NCBI GenBank assembly: GCA_036276235.1
Contig: DATBDZ010000403.1
Coordinates: 7,100 to 71,099, forward strand
Direction: 5' to 3'
Source of the DNA: Humisphaera sp.
GTDB lineage: Bacteria > Planctomycetota > Phycisphaerae > Tepidisphaerales > Tepidisphaeraceae
Length of the DNA stretch: 64,000 nt
In this document: one piece after another, positions 16,495 through 26,800 of the stretch
How positions within the stretch are numbered: the stretch's first letter is position 1
Layout of the letters: every line of letters starts with the position of its first letter
Notes under the pieces: model-generated
Told to the model about the DNA's origin: nothing
Databases searched by the model: none
The model's input: the letters and a program-made list of their open reading frames with translations, nothing else
Program-made: the position numbers and the translations under genes

Positions 16495-19008
16495 ATGCCA
16501 CGTGACATTCCGGTGGGTAACGGTCAGATGCTCGTTACCTTTGATAACCGCTATCAAATTCGCGATCTGTATTTTCCGCACGTCGGCCAGGAGAACCACG
16601 CCGGCGCCGGGCCTTGCCGCTTTGGCGTGCATTGTGATGTGCCGGGAACCAATCGCCGCCAGCTCGCGTGGACCAGCGAAAACGGCTGGCACATCCGCCA
16701 GCGCTATCTGCGCGACACGCTCACGACCAGCGTGAGCCTCGAGCATCGCGATCTTTGCCTCTCTCTCTATTGCAACGACACAGTCGATTTCCACCGCAAT
16801 ATTCTGGTACGCAAGATCAAGGTGCGCAACACCGCCGGCCATGAGCGCGCGCTGCAGATCGTTCACCATCAGGACTTCAACATGTTCGGATCGAAGATCG
16901 GCGACACCGCCTACTTCGATCCGGAGCTGCGCTCGATCGTTCACTATCGCGGCAAGCGGTACATCATGGTCTGCTTCTGGGCCAACGGCGAGCAGCGCAT
17001 CGACGAATACGCCACCGGCACCAGCGGCTTTCACGGCGCGGAAGGCACGTGGCGCGACGCCGAGGACGGGCATCTGCAGGGCAATCCGATCGCGCAGGGA
17101 TCGGTCGATTCAACGATCTCGCATCATCTGACTGTCGGCGCTGAGAGCGAAAAGACGCTGTACATGGTCGTCGTCGCCGGCCACTCGCGGCAGGAATTGC
17201 TCGAGCTCCACAAATGGCTGCTGAAGATGGGCCCGCAGGGCGTGCTCGATCGCACCAGCAGCTACTGGCGGCTCTGGGTCGGCGGCACCAATATCAACTT
17301 CGGAAATCTTCCCGCGCGCGTCGTCGAGCTGTTTAAGCGATCGCTGTTGGTGCTTCGCACGCAGATCGATAATGGCGGCGCGATTGTTGCCGCCAATGAC
17401 TCGGACATCATGCAGTTTTCGCGCGACACGTATTCGTACGTCTGGCCGCGCGACGGCGCGCTGGTGGCCAACGCGCTGGACATGGCGGGCTTCTCCGACA
17501 TCGCCCGCTGCTTCTACAAATACTGCGCCGAAGTGCTGACCGAAGAAGGCTACTTCTATCACAAGTACAACCCGGACGGCTCCCCCGCCTCAAGCTGGCA
17601 TCCGTGGGTGCTCAAAGGGAACCGCGCGATGCCGATCCAGGAAGATGAGACGGCGCTGGTCGTCTGGGCCTTGTGGCGGCACTACTTCCGCTATCGCGAC
17701 ATTGAATTCATCCGCCCGCTATGGGTCGATATCGTGCAGAAGGCGGCGGATTTCATGGTCCGCTATCGCGACCCGCGCACCGGTTTGCCGCTGCCCAGCT
17801 ACGATCTGTGGGAAGAGCGCTGGGGCATTCACGCGTTCACTGTCGCGACGGTGTATGGCGGCCTCAAAGCCGCCCACAATTTTGCCGTCTGTTTCGGCGA
17901 TCGCGAGAAGGCGCGGGAATACGAGCGCGCCGCCGAAGAGGTGAAAGCCGGCGCGGCCAAGTATCTCTACAGCGAACGCCTCGGCCGCTTTGTGCGGCGG
18001 CTGGTTTCGCTCGATGTGCCCAAGCCGCCGGACAATGGCAGTTACGAAGAGAAGGATCCGCTCGTCACAGAGCCGCGCACTGAAGATCTGTTCGAGGTGG
18101 ATGAAACCGTCGATGCCTCGCTCTTCGGCATCTACAAATTCCATCTCTTCGAGGCCGAAGACCCGCGCGTCGTTTCAACCATGCGCGCGGTCGAGCAGAA
18201 GCTTTGGGTGAAGACGCGCGTTGGCGGCGTGGCGCGATATGAGAACGACTATTACCATCGCGTCAGCAACGACATCGCCGCCGTGCCGGGAAACCCGTGG
18301 TTTATCTGCACGCTTTGGCTGGCGGATTATTTCATCTCCAAAGCCAAAAGCGTCGCCGAGCTGAAGGCGGCGCTGCCGATCTTCGAGTGGACCGCCAATC
18401 ACGCGCTGGAAAGCGGCGTGCTCGCCGAGCAGGTGAATCCGTACACCAACGAGCCGCTCTCGGTCAGCCCGCTGACCTGGTCGCATGCGACTGTTGTCAG
18501 CACTGCCATCAAATACCTGGAACAATTAGAGCAGCTTCAGCTCTGTGGCGAATGCAAGCAGCCGGTCTATCGCCTTCGCCGGCGCGGCACAGTGGAGATG
18601 CAGAGCCAGGGATACTTCGGCCGCCTTGATGCCGGCTTCAGCACCGAAGACGCCCGCGACACCGCCAGCCCCGTCGGCCACTTTGTGAAAGAAGACCCGG
18701 CCGGCGGCCCCGCCACCCGCGTCACCCTCTCGATCGACACCCGCGACTGCATCGGCTGCGACGTCTGCGTCGCCCACTGCAACAAAGGCGTCCTCCGCAT
18801 GGTCAACGGCAAAGCCCACGTCGATCTCCGCAACGTCAACCAATGCGACCTGGACGGCGAATGCGTGGACGTCTGCCCGACAAATGTGATCGCACTACAT
18901 CGCCAATCGATCGACCCGCCGGCAGAACTAACGCCGGCAGAGTTGAATCGCCTCACCCAACCCGCCAGCGAAGAAGAACGCCACGGTCCGGAACGGCCAG
19001 CGGCTTAG
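16495..19008 (+). CDS. glycoside hydrolase family 15-like protein fused to a C-terminal [4Fe-4S] ferredoxin-like domain
   Basis: The N-terminal ~640 aa follow the GH15 glucoamylase/trehalase-type pattern (MPRDIPVGNGQMLVTFD.., YSYVWPRDGA, WEERWG, NPWFICTLW, LAEQV..). The C-terminus is CIGCDVCVAHC...QCDLDGECVDVCP. Confidence 0.85.
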   Translation: MPRDIPVGNGQMLVTFDNRYQIRDLYFPHVGQENHAGAGPCRFGVHCDVPGTNRRQLAWTSENGWHIRQRYLRDTLTTSVSLEHRDLCLSLYCNDTVDFHRNILVRKIKVRNTAGHERALQIVHHQDFNMFGSKIGDTAYFDPELRSIVHYRGKRYIMVCFWANGEQRIDEYATGTSGFHGAEGTWRDAEDGHLQGNPIAQGSVDSTISHHLTVGAESEKTLYMVVVAGHSRQELLELHKWLLKMGPQGVLDRTSSYWRLWVGGTNINFGNLPARVVELFKRSLLVLRTQIDNGGAIVAANDSDIMQFSRDTYSYVWPRDGALVANALDMAGFSDIARCFYKYCAEVLTEEGYFYHKYNPDGSPASSWHPWVLKGNRAMPIQEDETALVVWALWRHYFRYRDIEFIRPLWVDIVQKAADFMVRYRDPRTGLPLPSYDLWEERWGIHAFTVATVYGGLKAAHNFAVCFGDREKAREYERAAEEVKAGAAKYLYSERLGRFVRRLVSLDVPKPPDNGSYEEKDPLVTEPRTEDLFEVDETVDASLFGIYKFHLFEAEDPRVVSTMRAVEQKLWVKTRVGGVARYENDYYHRVSNDIAAVPGNPWFICTLWLADYFISKAKSVAELKAALPIFEWTANHALESGVLAEQVNPYTNEPLSVSPLTWSHATVVSTAIKYLEQLEQLQLCGECKQPVYRLRRRGTVEMQSQGYFGRLDAGFSTEDARDTASPVGHFVKEDPAGGPATRVTLSIDTRDCIGCDVCVAHCNKGVLRMVNGKAHVDLRNVNQCDLDGECVDVCPTNVIALHRQSIDPPAELTPAELNRLTQPASEEERHGPERPAA

Positions 19009-19080
19009 GTATCTTCACCAGCAGATTAAATCGTGATTGAGTATCAATGGCGGGTTCGAGGGGGAAGGCGAACCAGCAGG

Positions 19081-19515
19081 CTACAGGAAAAGGTCTGCTC
19101 GCACACCAAAGTATTCGGCCAGCTTCCGAATGTGCTGCTTGCTCAGTTCGCGGTGTCCATTGAGGATTTTAGGTCCGAGGGAACGTTCGCCGAGTTCGCG
19201 GCCGAGGTCTGAGGCGCTCATGCCGTGTTCCTGCATCAGGTGCTTGACGATTTCCAATGGACTCAATCCTTCACCGATTGTTTCAGTGTCGTCCTCATAT
19301 TTGGCCATAAGCACTGTAAGCGTTTCGAGGTACTCCTCCTGCCCCATCGTACGGCGGGGCAAGTTAGTCAGGGCATCGACCGTCTCCTGAGTGTTCCTGT
19401 ACGACACGTTATCGTGGATGGGGCGCGGAGGATGCACTTGAACCAGCGACTCAAAGTCAGGGGGCAGATTCGATGTTAAAATCCTGCTCTTTAGCGGCAT
19501 AGCTGCACCTTCCAT
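19081..19515 (-). CDS. HigA-like HTH (XRE-family) antitoxin/regulator
   Basis: C-terminal HTH LMQEHGMSASDLGRELGERSLGPKILNGHRELSKQHIRKLAEYFGV, with an N-terminal extension typical of the long HigA-type antitoxins. ATG 19515 follows AAGGAG. Confidence 0.7.
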   Translation of the reverse strand: MEGAAMPLKSRILTSNLPPDFESLVQVHPPRPIHDNVSYRNTQETVDALTNLPRRTMGQEEYLETLTVLMAKYEDDTETIGEGLSPLEIVKHLMQEHGMSASDLGRELGERSLGPKILNGHRELSKQHIRKLAEYFGVRADLFL

Positions 19516-19661
19516 TTCTCCTTGTTGTACTCTGCGTGCGTCATGACAAAAACATTTTCCCTGCTTTTTATGCGCTTACAGAATTGCGCGGCTGTACTAT
19601 ATAGGGGGACTAGTGGAAGTCATGGCGGCGGTAGTCGCCGCTTTGACGAAAGGAGATATCG

Positions 19662-19949
19662 ATGGCACGCATGAGAGACAGTTCACAACAGGGCGGCGAA
19701 AATCTTACTTCCAAGGCTGCTGAGGTCGGCGAAAATCTTCGCGATCTGGGAAGCCAGGTGCGCGATCAGGCTCGCGAGAAGTACGAAGAATTTTCCGGCC
19801 AGGCAAAAGAGTATTACGACAAGGGCCGCCAGGCTGCTTCGGAATGGGAAGAGAATCTTGAGTCATATGTGAAAGAGCAGCCGCTCAAGGCGCTGATGAT
19901 CGCGGCGGGCGTCGGCGTATTGCTCGGAATCCTCTGGAAGCGAAGCTAA
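19662..19949 (+). CDS. DUF883 (YqjD/ElaB-like) tail-anchored stress protein
   Basis: 95 aa. Charged coiled region plus the C-terminal anchor PLKALMIAAGVGVLLGILWKRS. AAGGAG lies 6 nt upstream of the start. Confidence 0.8.
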   Translation: MARMRDSSQQGGENLTSKAAEVGENLRDLGSQVRDQAREKYEEFSGQAKEYYDKGRQAASEWEENLESYVKEQPLKALMIAAGVGVLLGILWKRS

Positions 19950-19952
19950 GCC

Positions 19953-20465
19953 GTGGACACGCAACAGACGCAAACTTCGGCCGATAACGGTCGGCGCGCC
20001 CCTCCGTATGCAGGCACCGACGAGGCGCATGACTCGCCCGGCGAGGCAATGCACGCCGCGATGCACCATCTGGGCGAGGTCCGCGAATACGCCGCGCACT
20101 TTGTCGCCGCCAAGATCGACTCGATGAAGGCGAGCGTTCGGCGAGTTGGGTTGCTGATCGCGGTCGGCATTCTCGGACTCGTCGGCGCGGCGGCGTTTCT
20201 GGCGGCCGCTATCGTGCTCGCTTTGGTGGGGGTGGCTAATGCCATTGGTGCGGCGCTGGGCGGGCGAGTCTGGGCCGGCCAGCTCATCGTTGGCTTTGGC
20301 CTGGTGATCGGCGTCGGCATTGTCATGATGCTTGGCTTGCGGATGTTGAACAACTCGTGGCGTCGTCAGACGGAAAAGAAATATGAAGCCCGAATCCAAC
20401 AGCAGCGTCGGCAGTACGGCCACGACGCCCGGCAGCGCGCCGCCGCCCGCGGCCGCGCCGGCTAA
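19953..20465 (+). CDS. YqjE-like / holin-X-type membrane protein
   Basis: Two long hydrophobic spans following an amphipathic segment. It sits directly after the DUF883 gene, as in yqjD-yqjE. GTG start. Confidence 0.6.
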   Translation: MDTQQTQTSADNGRRAPPYAGTDEAHDSPGEAMHAAMHHLGEVREYAAHFVAAKIDSMKASVRRVGLLIAVGILGLVGAAAFLAAAIVLALVGVANAIGAALGGRVWAGQLIVGFGLVIGVGIVMMLGLRMLNNSWRRQTEKKYEARIQQQRRQYGHDARQRAAARGRAG

Positions 20466-20952
20466 GCCAGAGCATCCCTCTACCGAGGCTGAATACCTGC
20501 AACAGCAGGCGGCTTTGGCCAAGGCGGCGCTGGCCGGTACCATCGCCAGCCTCAAGTCTGACCTGGGCGAGACGGTAGATCTGCGCCTGTGGACGCGGCA
20601 ACATCCGTGGATCATGGCGATGACCGCCGCCGTCGCCGGCTTCGCGACTGCCGCCGCCGTGGTTCCGTCTAAAGATGAGCCTCACGAGAAGTTCCTGGAT
20701 TCACTGAAAGAGGCATTTCACAAGGCAACCAAGCACGCCACCAACGGCTCGGCCAAGGAGAAGGCTGAGAAAGCCGAAGAGCATCATCCCGGCTGGGGCG
20801 AATCGATCCTGAAAGAGTTGATCGGCGCGATTCGACCAATCCTCATCAGCGTGATTTCGGGGCTGGTGAAGCCGGCGGCACACCCGCCCGAGCCGCAGGA
20901 TTCGGCAAACCCAGCGGGCGCGGGCGGCTCGGTTCCTCCCGGCATGCCCTGA
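20383..20952 (+). CDS. YqjK-like membrane protein (tentative)
   Basis: Coiled segment, then WTRQHPWIMAMTAAVAGFATAAAVV. Overlaps the previous gene by 83 nt. Confidence 0.5.
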   Translation: MKPESNSSVGSTATTPGSAPPPAAAPAKPEHPSTEAEYLQQQAALAKAALAGTIASLKSDLGETVDLRLWTRQHPWIMAMTAAVAGFATAAAVVPSKDEPHEKFLDSLKEAFHKATKHATNGSAKEKAEKAEEHHPGWGESILKELIGAIRPILISVISGLVKPAAHPPEPQDSANPAGAGGSVPPGMP

Positions 20953-21154
20953 GCGCGCCATGGATTGCCCCCCTTCCCGCGCGGGTTTAGAAAATTGCTG
21001 TTGCGCCGGAATTTTTTCGTTGGCCTTTGACGTGCATGAGTGTAGTCTGTAGAGCGTCGGCCTTGGCGCGTGGTGCTTCGAGGCCGGCTGTAAGAATTGC
21101 CCGGCGCGGGTGCCTGCCCGCATCGCCGGTCACCTCGTCAGAAAGCAGCGTTTT

Positions 21155-21364
21155 ATGCGCTTCCGCTGGCGTCCGTTCGCACGGCTTGCCGTGCTGTCGG
21201 CCGGTCTTTTATTGACGGCCCCCCAAGCCCCCCTGTCTTCGCCAGCCACCCCGGCCGACGGAACAAATCTCGCCTCCGGCCGTCCTGAAGTCCGCCTGCG
21301 AAAACTGCATCTGGTTCGGCCGGATCTCATTCCTTATCCGATTGCTTACGAAGTTTATTGCTAG
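21155..21364 (+). CDS. small exported hypothetical protein
   Basis: MRFRWRPFARLAVLSAGLLLTAPQA is signal-like. 69 aa ending ..PYPIAYEVYC. Weak support. Confidence 0.35.
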   Translation: MRFRWRPFARLAVLSAGLLLTAPQAPLSSPATPADGTNLASGRPEVRLRKLHLVRPDLIPYPIAYEVYC

Positions 21365-21490
21365 TTGGCCGTGTAAAGGTGAACCTCGCGTTCGCCCATT
21401 CCGCTGCGCGGAATGAACGAAGACGAGCTTCGCCTTTAGATATTTCCTGCCTACTTCTACTGGCCCGCCGGGGGACTACTTCCAATAATT

Positions 21491-22057
21491 GTGTCGATGG
21501 GCCACTCGCATGGGGATTTCGCGCCACTGGAAACCCGCAAGCCACCCCTTGGCGCGCTGGCGTGGATCGCCACTTACAAACTCATGAAGGCATTGCTGGC
21601 CCTCGGCGCGGCATTGCTGTTTCTTCATCTGCTGCATCGCGATCTGGTGGACGTCACCGATAAGTGGATCAAATTTTTCGGTATCGACCGCCAGGGGCAT
21701 CTGGCGACACACATCGTCGAGCGGGTCGCCCGAATCAACACCCGTCACTTCCAGTTCCTGGTCGCAATTCTCTTTACATATATGTGCATCTACATCGTCG
21801 AAGGGGTCGGCCTGTTCATGCGCAAACGGTGGGCGGAATGGTTGACGGTCGCCCAGACCGCTCTGCTCATCCCATGGGAAGCATATGAGCTGGCGCGAAA
21901 AGTCGATTGGATGAGGGCGATCTTCCTGATCTTGAACATCGGCGTGGTGATCTATCTGATCTGGCGTCTTCGCCGGGACGAGCGCGTGGCTGCCGCGGCC
22001 ACCGCCAGAGCCGGCGCACAACCCCCCGCCCCGCCGGCGCGGCATGCGCCGAGGTAA
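21491..22057 (+). CDS. DUF2127 family membrane protein
   Basis: Four hydrophobic spans. The LAWIATYKLMKALLALGAALLF opening is typical of DUF2127 as I remember it. Confidence 0.7.
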   Translation: MSMGHSHGDFAPLETRKPPLGALAWIATYKLMKALLALGAALLFLHLLHRDLVDVTDKWIKFFGIDRQGHLATHIVERVARINTRHFQFLVAILFTYMCIYIVEGVGLFMRKRWAEWLTVAQTALLIPWEAYELARKVDWMRAIFLILNIGVVIYLIWRLRRDERVAAAATARAGAQPPAPPARHAPR

Positions 22058-22119
22058 CCGCAATTACGCTCCGCTTGGATCCGACTTACCGGGAAGATCG
22101 GTTAAGTCATCCAGCGGGC

Positions 22120-22347
22120 TCAGTCCATCTTGCCTGCGCCCACTGGCGCCAGACGCTTGACGTGCGCTGCTGAGAACCCTTTGGTTCCTTTCACCAGCTC
22201 GTATTCCACGCTTTCGCCGTCTTTGAGCGACCGAAAGCCATCGCCTTCGATGCTGCTGAAGTGGACGAACACGTCCTGGCCTTCAGGACCGACGATGAAC
22301 CCGAAGCCCTTCTTCGAATCAAACCACTTGACAGGACCATTAGACAT
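22120..22347 (-). CDS. cold-shock domain protein
   Basis: [33 protein letters not shown] carries the RNP1 and RNP2 motifs. ATG 22347 follows GGAGG. The longer ORF-track N-terminus is rejected. Confidence 0.9.
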   Translation of the reverse strand: MSNGPVKWFDSKKGFGFIVGPEGQDVFVHFSSIEGDGFRSLKDGESVEYELVKGTKGFSAAHVKRLAPVGAGKMD

Positions 22348-22663
22348 GGCCAGCCTCCGAACAGAAATGAGCTGCAAACAACCCTTGCCGCATATGCCCC
22401 AACTCAAACCTGGCGCTGGGATGTGATCGGTCACGAACAGGCGCCACCTGAGTCTGGCGAAATGTATAGAAACAGCGAGCAAGAATCCAGATGAATTTTC
22501 GCGAATTTTGTGCGATTCCGGCCGTAGGAGAGATTGCCTAGATCAACATGTTGCTCGGTGCATCCCGCAGGTGATATGCATCAGAACCGAAGAAGTGGCC
22601 GTTCTTAGGAGCTGCGCAAAGATAACCAATCGAATTCCCGTGTGGTCCATGTGGGTGTTACGG

Positions 22664-22757
22664 GTGCCATGTCCCACACTTGCGTGGGCATGTCGTGCAA
22701 TCGCGAACGGCTCCATGCCGCTGGCAGACATGCCCACGCAAGAGTGGGACATGGCAC
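22664..22757. repeat. 31-bp inverted repeat (30/31 complementary)
   Basis: GTGCCATGTCCCACACTTGCGTGGGCATGTC (22664-22694) pairs with GACATGCCCACGCAAGAGTGGGACATGGCAC (22727-22757). Confidence 0.9.
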
Positions 22758-22782
22758 CCAAATGAACAGATGAATTTGGATA

Positions 22783-22824
22783 GGTCAAAAATCAGCCCCT
22801 GTAATCCTTTGAATTACAGGGGCT
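22783..22824 (-). terminator. intrinsic terminator closing the 39.3-22.9 kb minus-strand gene array
   Basis: 12-bp stem AGCCCCTGTAAT / ATTACAGGGGCT, followed on the minus strand by GATTTTTGACC. It lies 41 nt after the stop at 22865. Confidence 0.75.
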
Positions 22825-22864
22825 TAAAAAGCAGGTCCGTGAGCAATTTGAACTTCTAATTCCG

Positions 22865-23770
22865 TTACTTTAGCGCAAACGACGCAGTGACGCTGACCTG
22901 CAATTCCAGCGGACCGGCCTGGTTGGAAACTGCCTCACCCGTTGGTGTCGGTCCGGGCGCGGCTTCGCCGGTCATCTGGCGCATCATCAGGCGCGCGTAA
23001 GCGTTGCTTTCATCCTCGCCGGGCGAGGGTGAGCTTATGACGCTGGAGACATGTATCAGCGCGCCAAGCTCGCCGCCGGTGGCTTTGGCGAGATTGGCGG
23101 CGTCGGATTTTGCCTTCTTGAACGCCTCGGCGATCGCGCTGACCTGATCCGCATCCGGCACTTTGCAGACGTACTGAAACGTCGGCTCGCCGGGCGCGCC
23201 GCCCGGCGCGCCGGAGGCGGCTTGCATCGCCTGCGCTTCTTCCAACGCCTCTTGCTCTTCAGGACTAAGCTGCTTGGTTTCCTTTTTCGTCAGGCCGGTG
23301 GCTTTGACCTTCTCCTGAAGACCATAGCCGAGCACGAGCAATTCATCCGGCGATCCCGCCTTGAGCGGCCACTCGGCTTTCAGCGTTGACGAGACGGTAA
23401 CAGTCTTGGGCTTCTCGGGCGGCTTGCCCCCTCGGTTGCGCATGGACACCATCCGCTGCATGTACTGCTGCTGCGGATTTTCGCCGGTGCCGACTTGCGT
23501 CGGGCCAAAATCGATCGACTTATCCGCCGCGCCAAGTCCTTCCAAACTTTTGGCAGCGGCGGCTTTGGCCTCCTTCAGCTTGCTGGTTGCGTCGGCAATG
23601 TCCTTTCCTTCAGCGGTGATGACCATCTGCATCCGCAGCAGTTCCGGCTGGCGCGTAATCACCGCGCGGCCGGTGCCGGTGACGGCGCCTTCGGGGGCTG
23701 CCTGCAGGCCGCAAGATATCAGCATGAGTAAACCAACTGCCGCCATCCAGTTTTGTGTTCGCATCATCAC
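22865..23770 (-). CDS. SIMPL (DUF541)-like lipoprotein
   Basis: Lipobox LISCG. Opens AVTGTGRAVITRQPELLRMQMVITAEGKD..A and ends LELQVSVTASFALK, which matches the SIMPL domain layout. Confidence 0.6.
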   Translation of the reverse strand: MMMRTQNWMAAVGLLMLISCGLQAAPEGAVTGTGRAVITRQPELLRMQMVITAEGKDIADATSKLKEAKAAAAKSLEGLGAADKSIDFGPTQVGTGENPQQQYMQRMVSMRNRGGKPPEKPKTVTVSSTLKAEWPLKAGSPDELLVLGYGLQEKVKATGLTKKETKQLSPEEQEALEEAQAMQAASGAPGGAPGEPTFQYVCKVPDADQVSAIAEAFKKAKSDAANLAKATGGELGALIHVSSVISSPSPGEDESNAYARLMMRQMTGEAAPGPTPTGEAVSNQAGPLELQVSVTASFALK

Positions 23771-23809
23771 AAGCTCCCTTTGTTAAAAGCGCGCGGTTGT
23801 CGCCGCCTT

Positions 23810-26800
23810 CTATTGCAACCGTTCCATTCCGACCTCGTCGCGGATCTTCTTTCTGAGTTTGAGGATTTGCGTTCCATGCATGCCGCGAATCGTCCAGTAG
23901 AATTCGCGCATGTAAAAATCTTCCTTGTTGAACGAGGAATAAATCTGCTCGAGCAGCGGCGTTTGATTGTCATCATCCAGCGCGCTGATTCCGCGCGTGA
24001 GCAGGCGCGTGGGGCCGTCCCAATTGCGGTCGTGCGATGCCTGGTGAAACTCCACCAGAGGCGCGAGCCCTTCATGCTTGCCGAGCAGGCACAACAGATA
24101 GCCGGCGAGCGCCGCCTCCTCGCGATCAGTGCTGCCGAGCAAGGGCATCAGCGGTTCTGCAACAAGCCCCGGCGGCGGTTCAAACTTCACCGGCTGATTT
24201 GACTGCACGAAGGATTCCTGATCGACGACCGCATTGAAAAGGTAAATGCCTTCCTGCAATTCCTGGGTCGCCCGAGGTCCCTCAGCCAGATAGCGCAACG
24301 CCAATAGACGCGCATGCGGATTGGCGGCGGAGAGCGCGGCAATCGCGGCCCGCTGCGCATCGGCTTTAGGCCCGGCCGCGAGTATGACTTGAAACGCCAC
24401 CGCACGGAAATCGGCGTTGGCCTGCTGATCTTCGTAGATTCCCTTTGCCTGTTCGGCGGCATCCGGAGCCGAGACGCCCAGAAGCAGCGCCAGCGCCACG
24501 ACGCGCTGCTGGCCGGAGCCGCTTGCGATCTTCGCCTTGGTCGCCTCGATCACTTTCTTTGCATCATCCGGCGCGAGCGAATTACGAGTTACATACCGCT
24601 GGCCAAAATAGATTTGGTTCAACGCGCTGTAGATGGAGCCGGCCAACGACTTGGAATTGTGCTGTGCCAGCAGATCCCACAGCGGCTCGGCGGCGCGCGG
24701 GTCGCTCAAAGCCGACATCCCCTCGGCCAATTCATCAAGTGTGCGATCATCGTTGGCGAGCGACGCGATCGTTTTGAACAGCGCGAGGCGCTTTTCCCAT
24801 GGGAGCCAGGGAAGAAGCCGCGTGGCCGATTGCCGCGACGCGAGAACGGATTTGGCGGCTTCGGTCACGATGGGCAACGCGTCGTCCTCACTGCCCAGCG
24901 CCGCCAGCGGCATCGCCGCCGCCAGACGCTGGGCCGGGTCATCCGACTTGAGCATTGCCTGCAGATTGGGAATGGTCTGCGCCAGCCAGGATGGCCGCTG
25001 CGTTCCGGATCGGAATTTCTCGAGCCATTCGTTGGGATCGACCTTCACCCGCCCGCCGCCGAAACCGAAGAATGACGGCTTTTCGATGTACCCATCTTCG
25101 GGGCGAAGTTGTTCGATGGCGTGGAAGATCCCTTCAGCCCCGGCCACGCGCACCTCGGCGACCTTGTCGTTCAAGGCGGCGACAATTTCCTTGTCGCAAT
25201 TCTTGGGCGCCATATTCGCGACGCCGCGCACCGCTGTCGCGCGAACCGCCGGATCAGCATGCGTACAGAACGCGCGAAGCACCTCCGCCGAGGCCGGATC
25301 GCTATGACGCGGGTCAGTCAGTTGCTTGACGACTTGCAACGCCAATTCCGGGTGGCGTTTGGCGGCGTCGGCAAGAAGCTGCGCAGACTCAGCGCCACCC
25401 AGCGACTTCATTGCCGCCATCGCGCGGCCGGCGACGAAGCCATCCGAATCGTCGAGGAGCTTGGCGATCGCAGCACCGACCTCCTCCGGCGAAACCTTCG
25501 ACTTCTTTCCTTCGCGGTCCTCATAGATCGTCGCCAGCGCGTCGATTGCTTCCGCGCGGACGCGCCAGCTTTCATGGCTCAGCAGGCCGAGCAAAGTGGT
25601 GACGGCTTTATCTCCCTTGGCGGCGCGAAAGACGCGCACGGCATGTACGACCAGATCGGGATCCTTTTCGGTCGCGACGTACTTGATGACCGCATCCGTT
25701 GTCGGCGGCGCTGGCGATTCAGCGAGCTGCTTGAGGACCGCGGCGCGAACATTGGCCACCGGATCGCTCAACAGCCCAACCAGCGCGCCCGTTCCATCGA
25801 CGCCGCCGACGGCCTGCAATCCGCGCAGGCTGATTTCGCGAATGAGCGGATCGGAATCGCTAAACATTTCCAGCAGCAGGCGGCCATCGCCGGCTGTAGC
25901 GCGGTGTGCCAATTCTTCGGCGGCATCGCGCCGAATCTGGGCATCCACCGACGCCAGCCGCTCCAATCCGCCCGACCATTGCAGCGCCAATGCATCGCTG
26001 CAAACCAAGCGGTAGCGAAGCGCAGTCAGGCGCTGGCGATCGCGATCTGAGGATGTCTGCTTCAGTCGTTGATAAATTTCGGGCAACAGCGCGGGTCCAA
26101 GGCGCGCTAATCGATCGCGAATGACGTTTGCCTCGGCAGGGCTCGTCGCGCGCAAAAGCGAGGCCAGATCTTCCTGCGCGGCGCTCAGCTCCGATTGACT
26201 TGGCGCGGAAGTCTGCGTGGTCGGTCTTTTGGCCGAGGCGGCCCACTTGCGAATCGCATCGAGGCGAGATGCTGTCACGCTGGCCGGATCCCAGGGGTCA
26301 ATTTGATTGACCGGGGCGCCCCACTGCGAAAGCAGATCGATCGTCGCCAGTCGCGTTCGCAGGTTGCCGTTGGCAAAGGCATCGGCGACCGCCGCCGCGG
26401 CCAGATCGGGCCATGGGGCCAGGCGCTTGGCCGCCACTTCGCCGGAGGCGGCGTCAGCGCCGCTCAGCTTGGCGATCAGTCGGGCAACCGCGGCGGCGTC
26501 GGGCGCATCCGTTGCCGCCAAGTCAGGGTCGATGATGCCCGCCTGCGGCGCGCTTTGTGCGAGCCAGCGCAGGAATTCGTCCGCGGAAAAATACCCTTCA
26601 TGCGACGACACGGATTTGCCATTGGCGGTCAGCGAGCGAAGCGTCGGAATCGGCCCCGTGAACGGCTGCGCGCCCGGCTCGGGATTGTCCACATCCAGAT
26701 GAACCAGCGTCCATGCGGAAAGCTTCTCGCGCACTTGCGCGCGATCCAGTTCCTTTTGCAGCTCACGGCACGGCACGCACCAATCGGCCCCGTAAATCAC

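Noticed and set aside
19516-19661. Search for a HigB-type toxin upstream of the HigA-like gene
   Set aside because: Only 146 nt are available and no ORF of useful length exists on either strand.
22120-22482. 120-aa version of the cold-shock ORF
   Set aside because: The extra 45 N-terminal residues have no support. A GGAGG plus ATG at 22347 gives the canonical MSNGPVKWF start.
23753-26050. Multiple 100-310-aa plus-strand ORFs inside the thioredoxin-HEAT gene
   Set aside because: These are antisense, Arg-rich frames with no motifs. The sense frame has a signal peptide, a WCVPC motif and regular HEAT periodicity.
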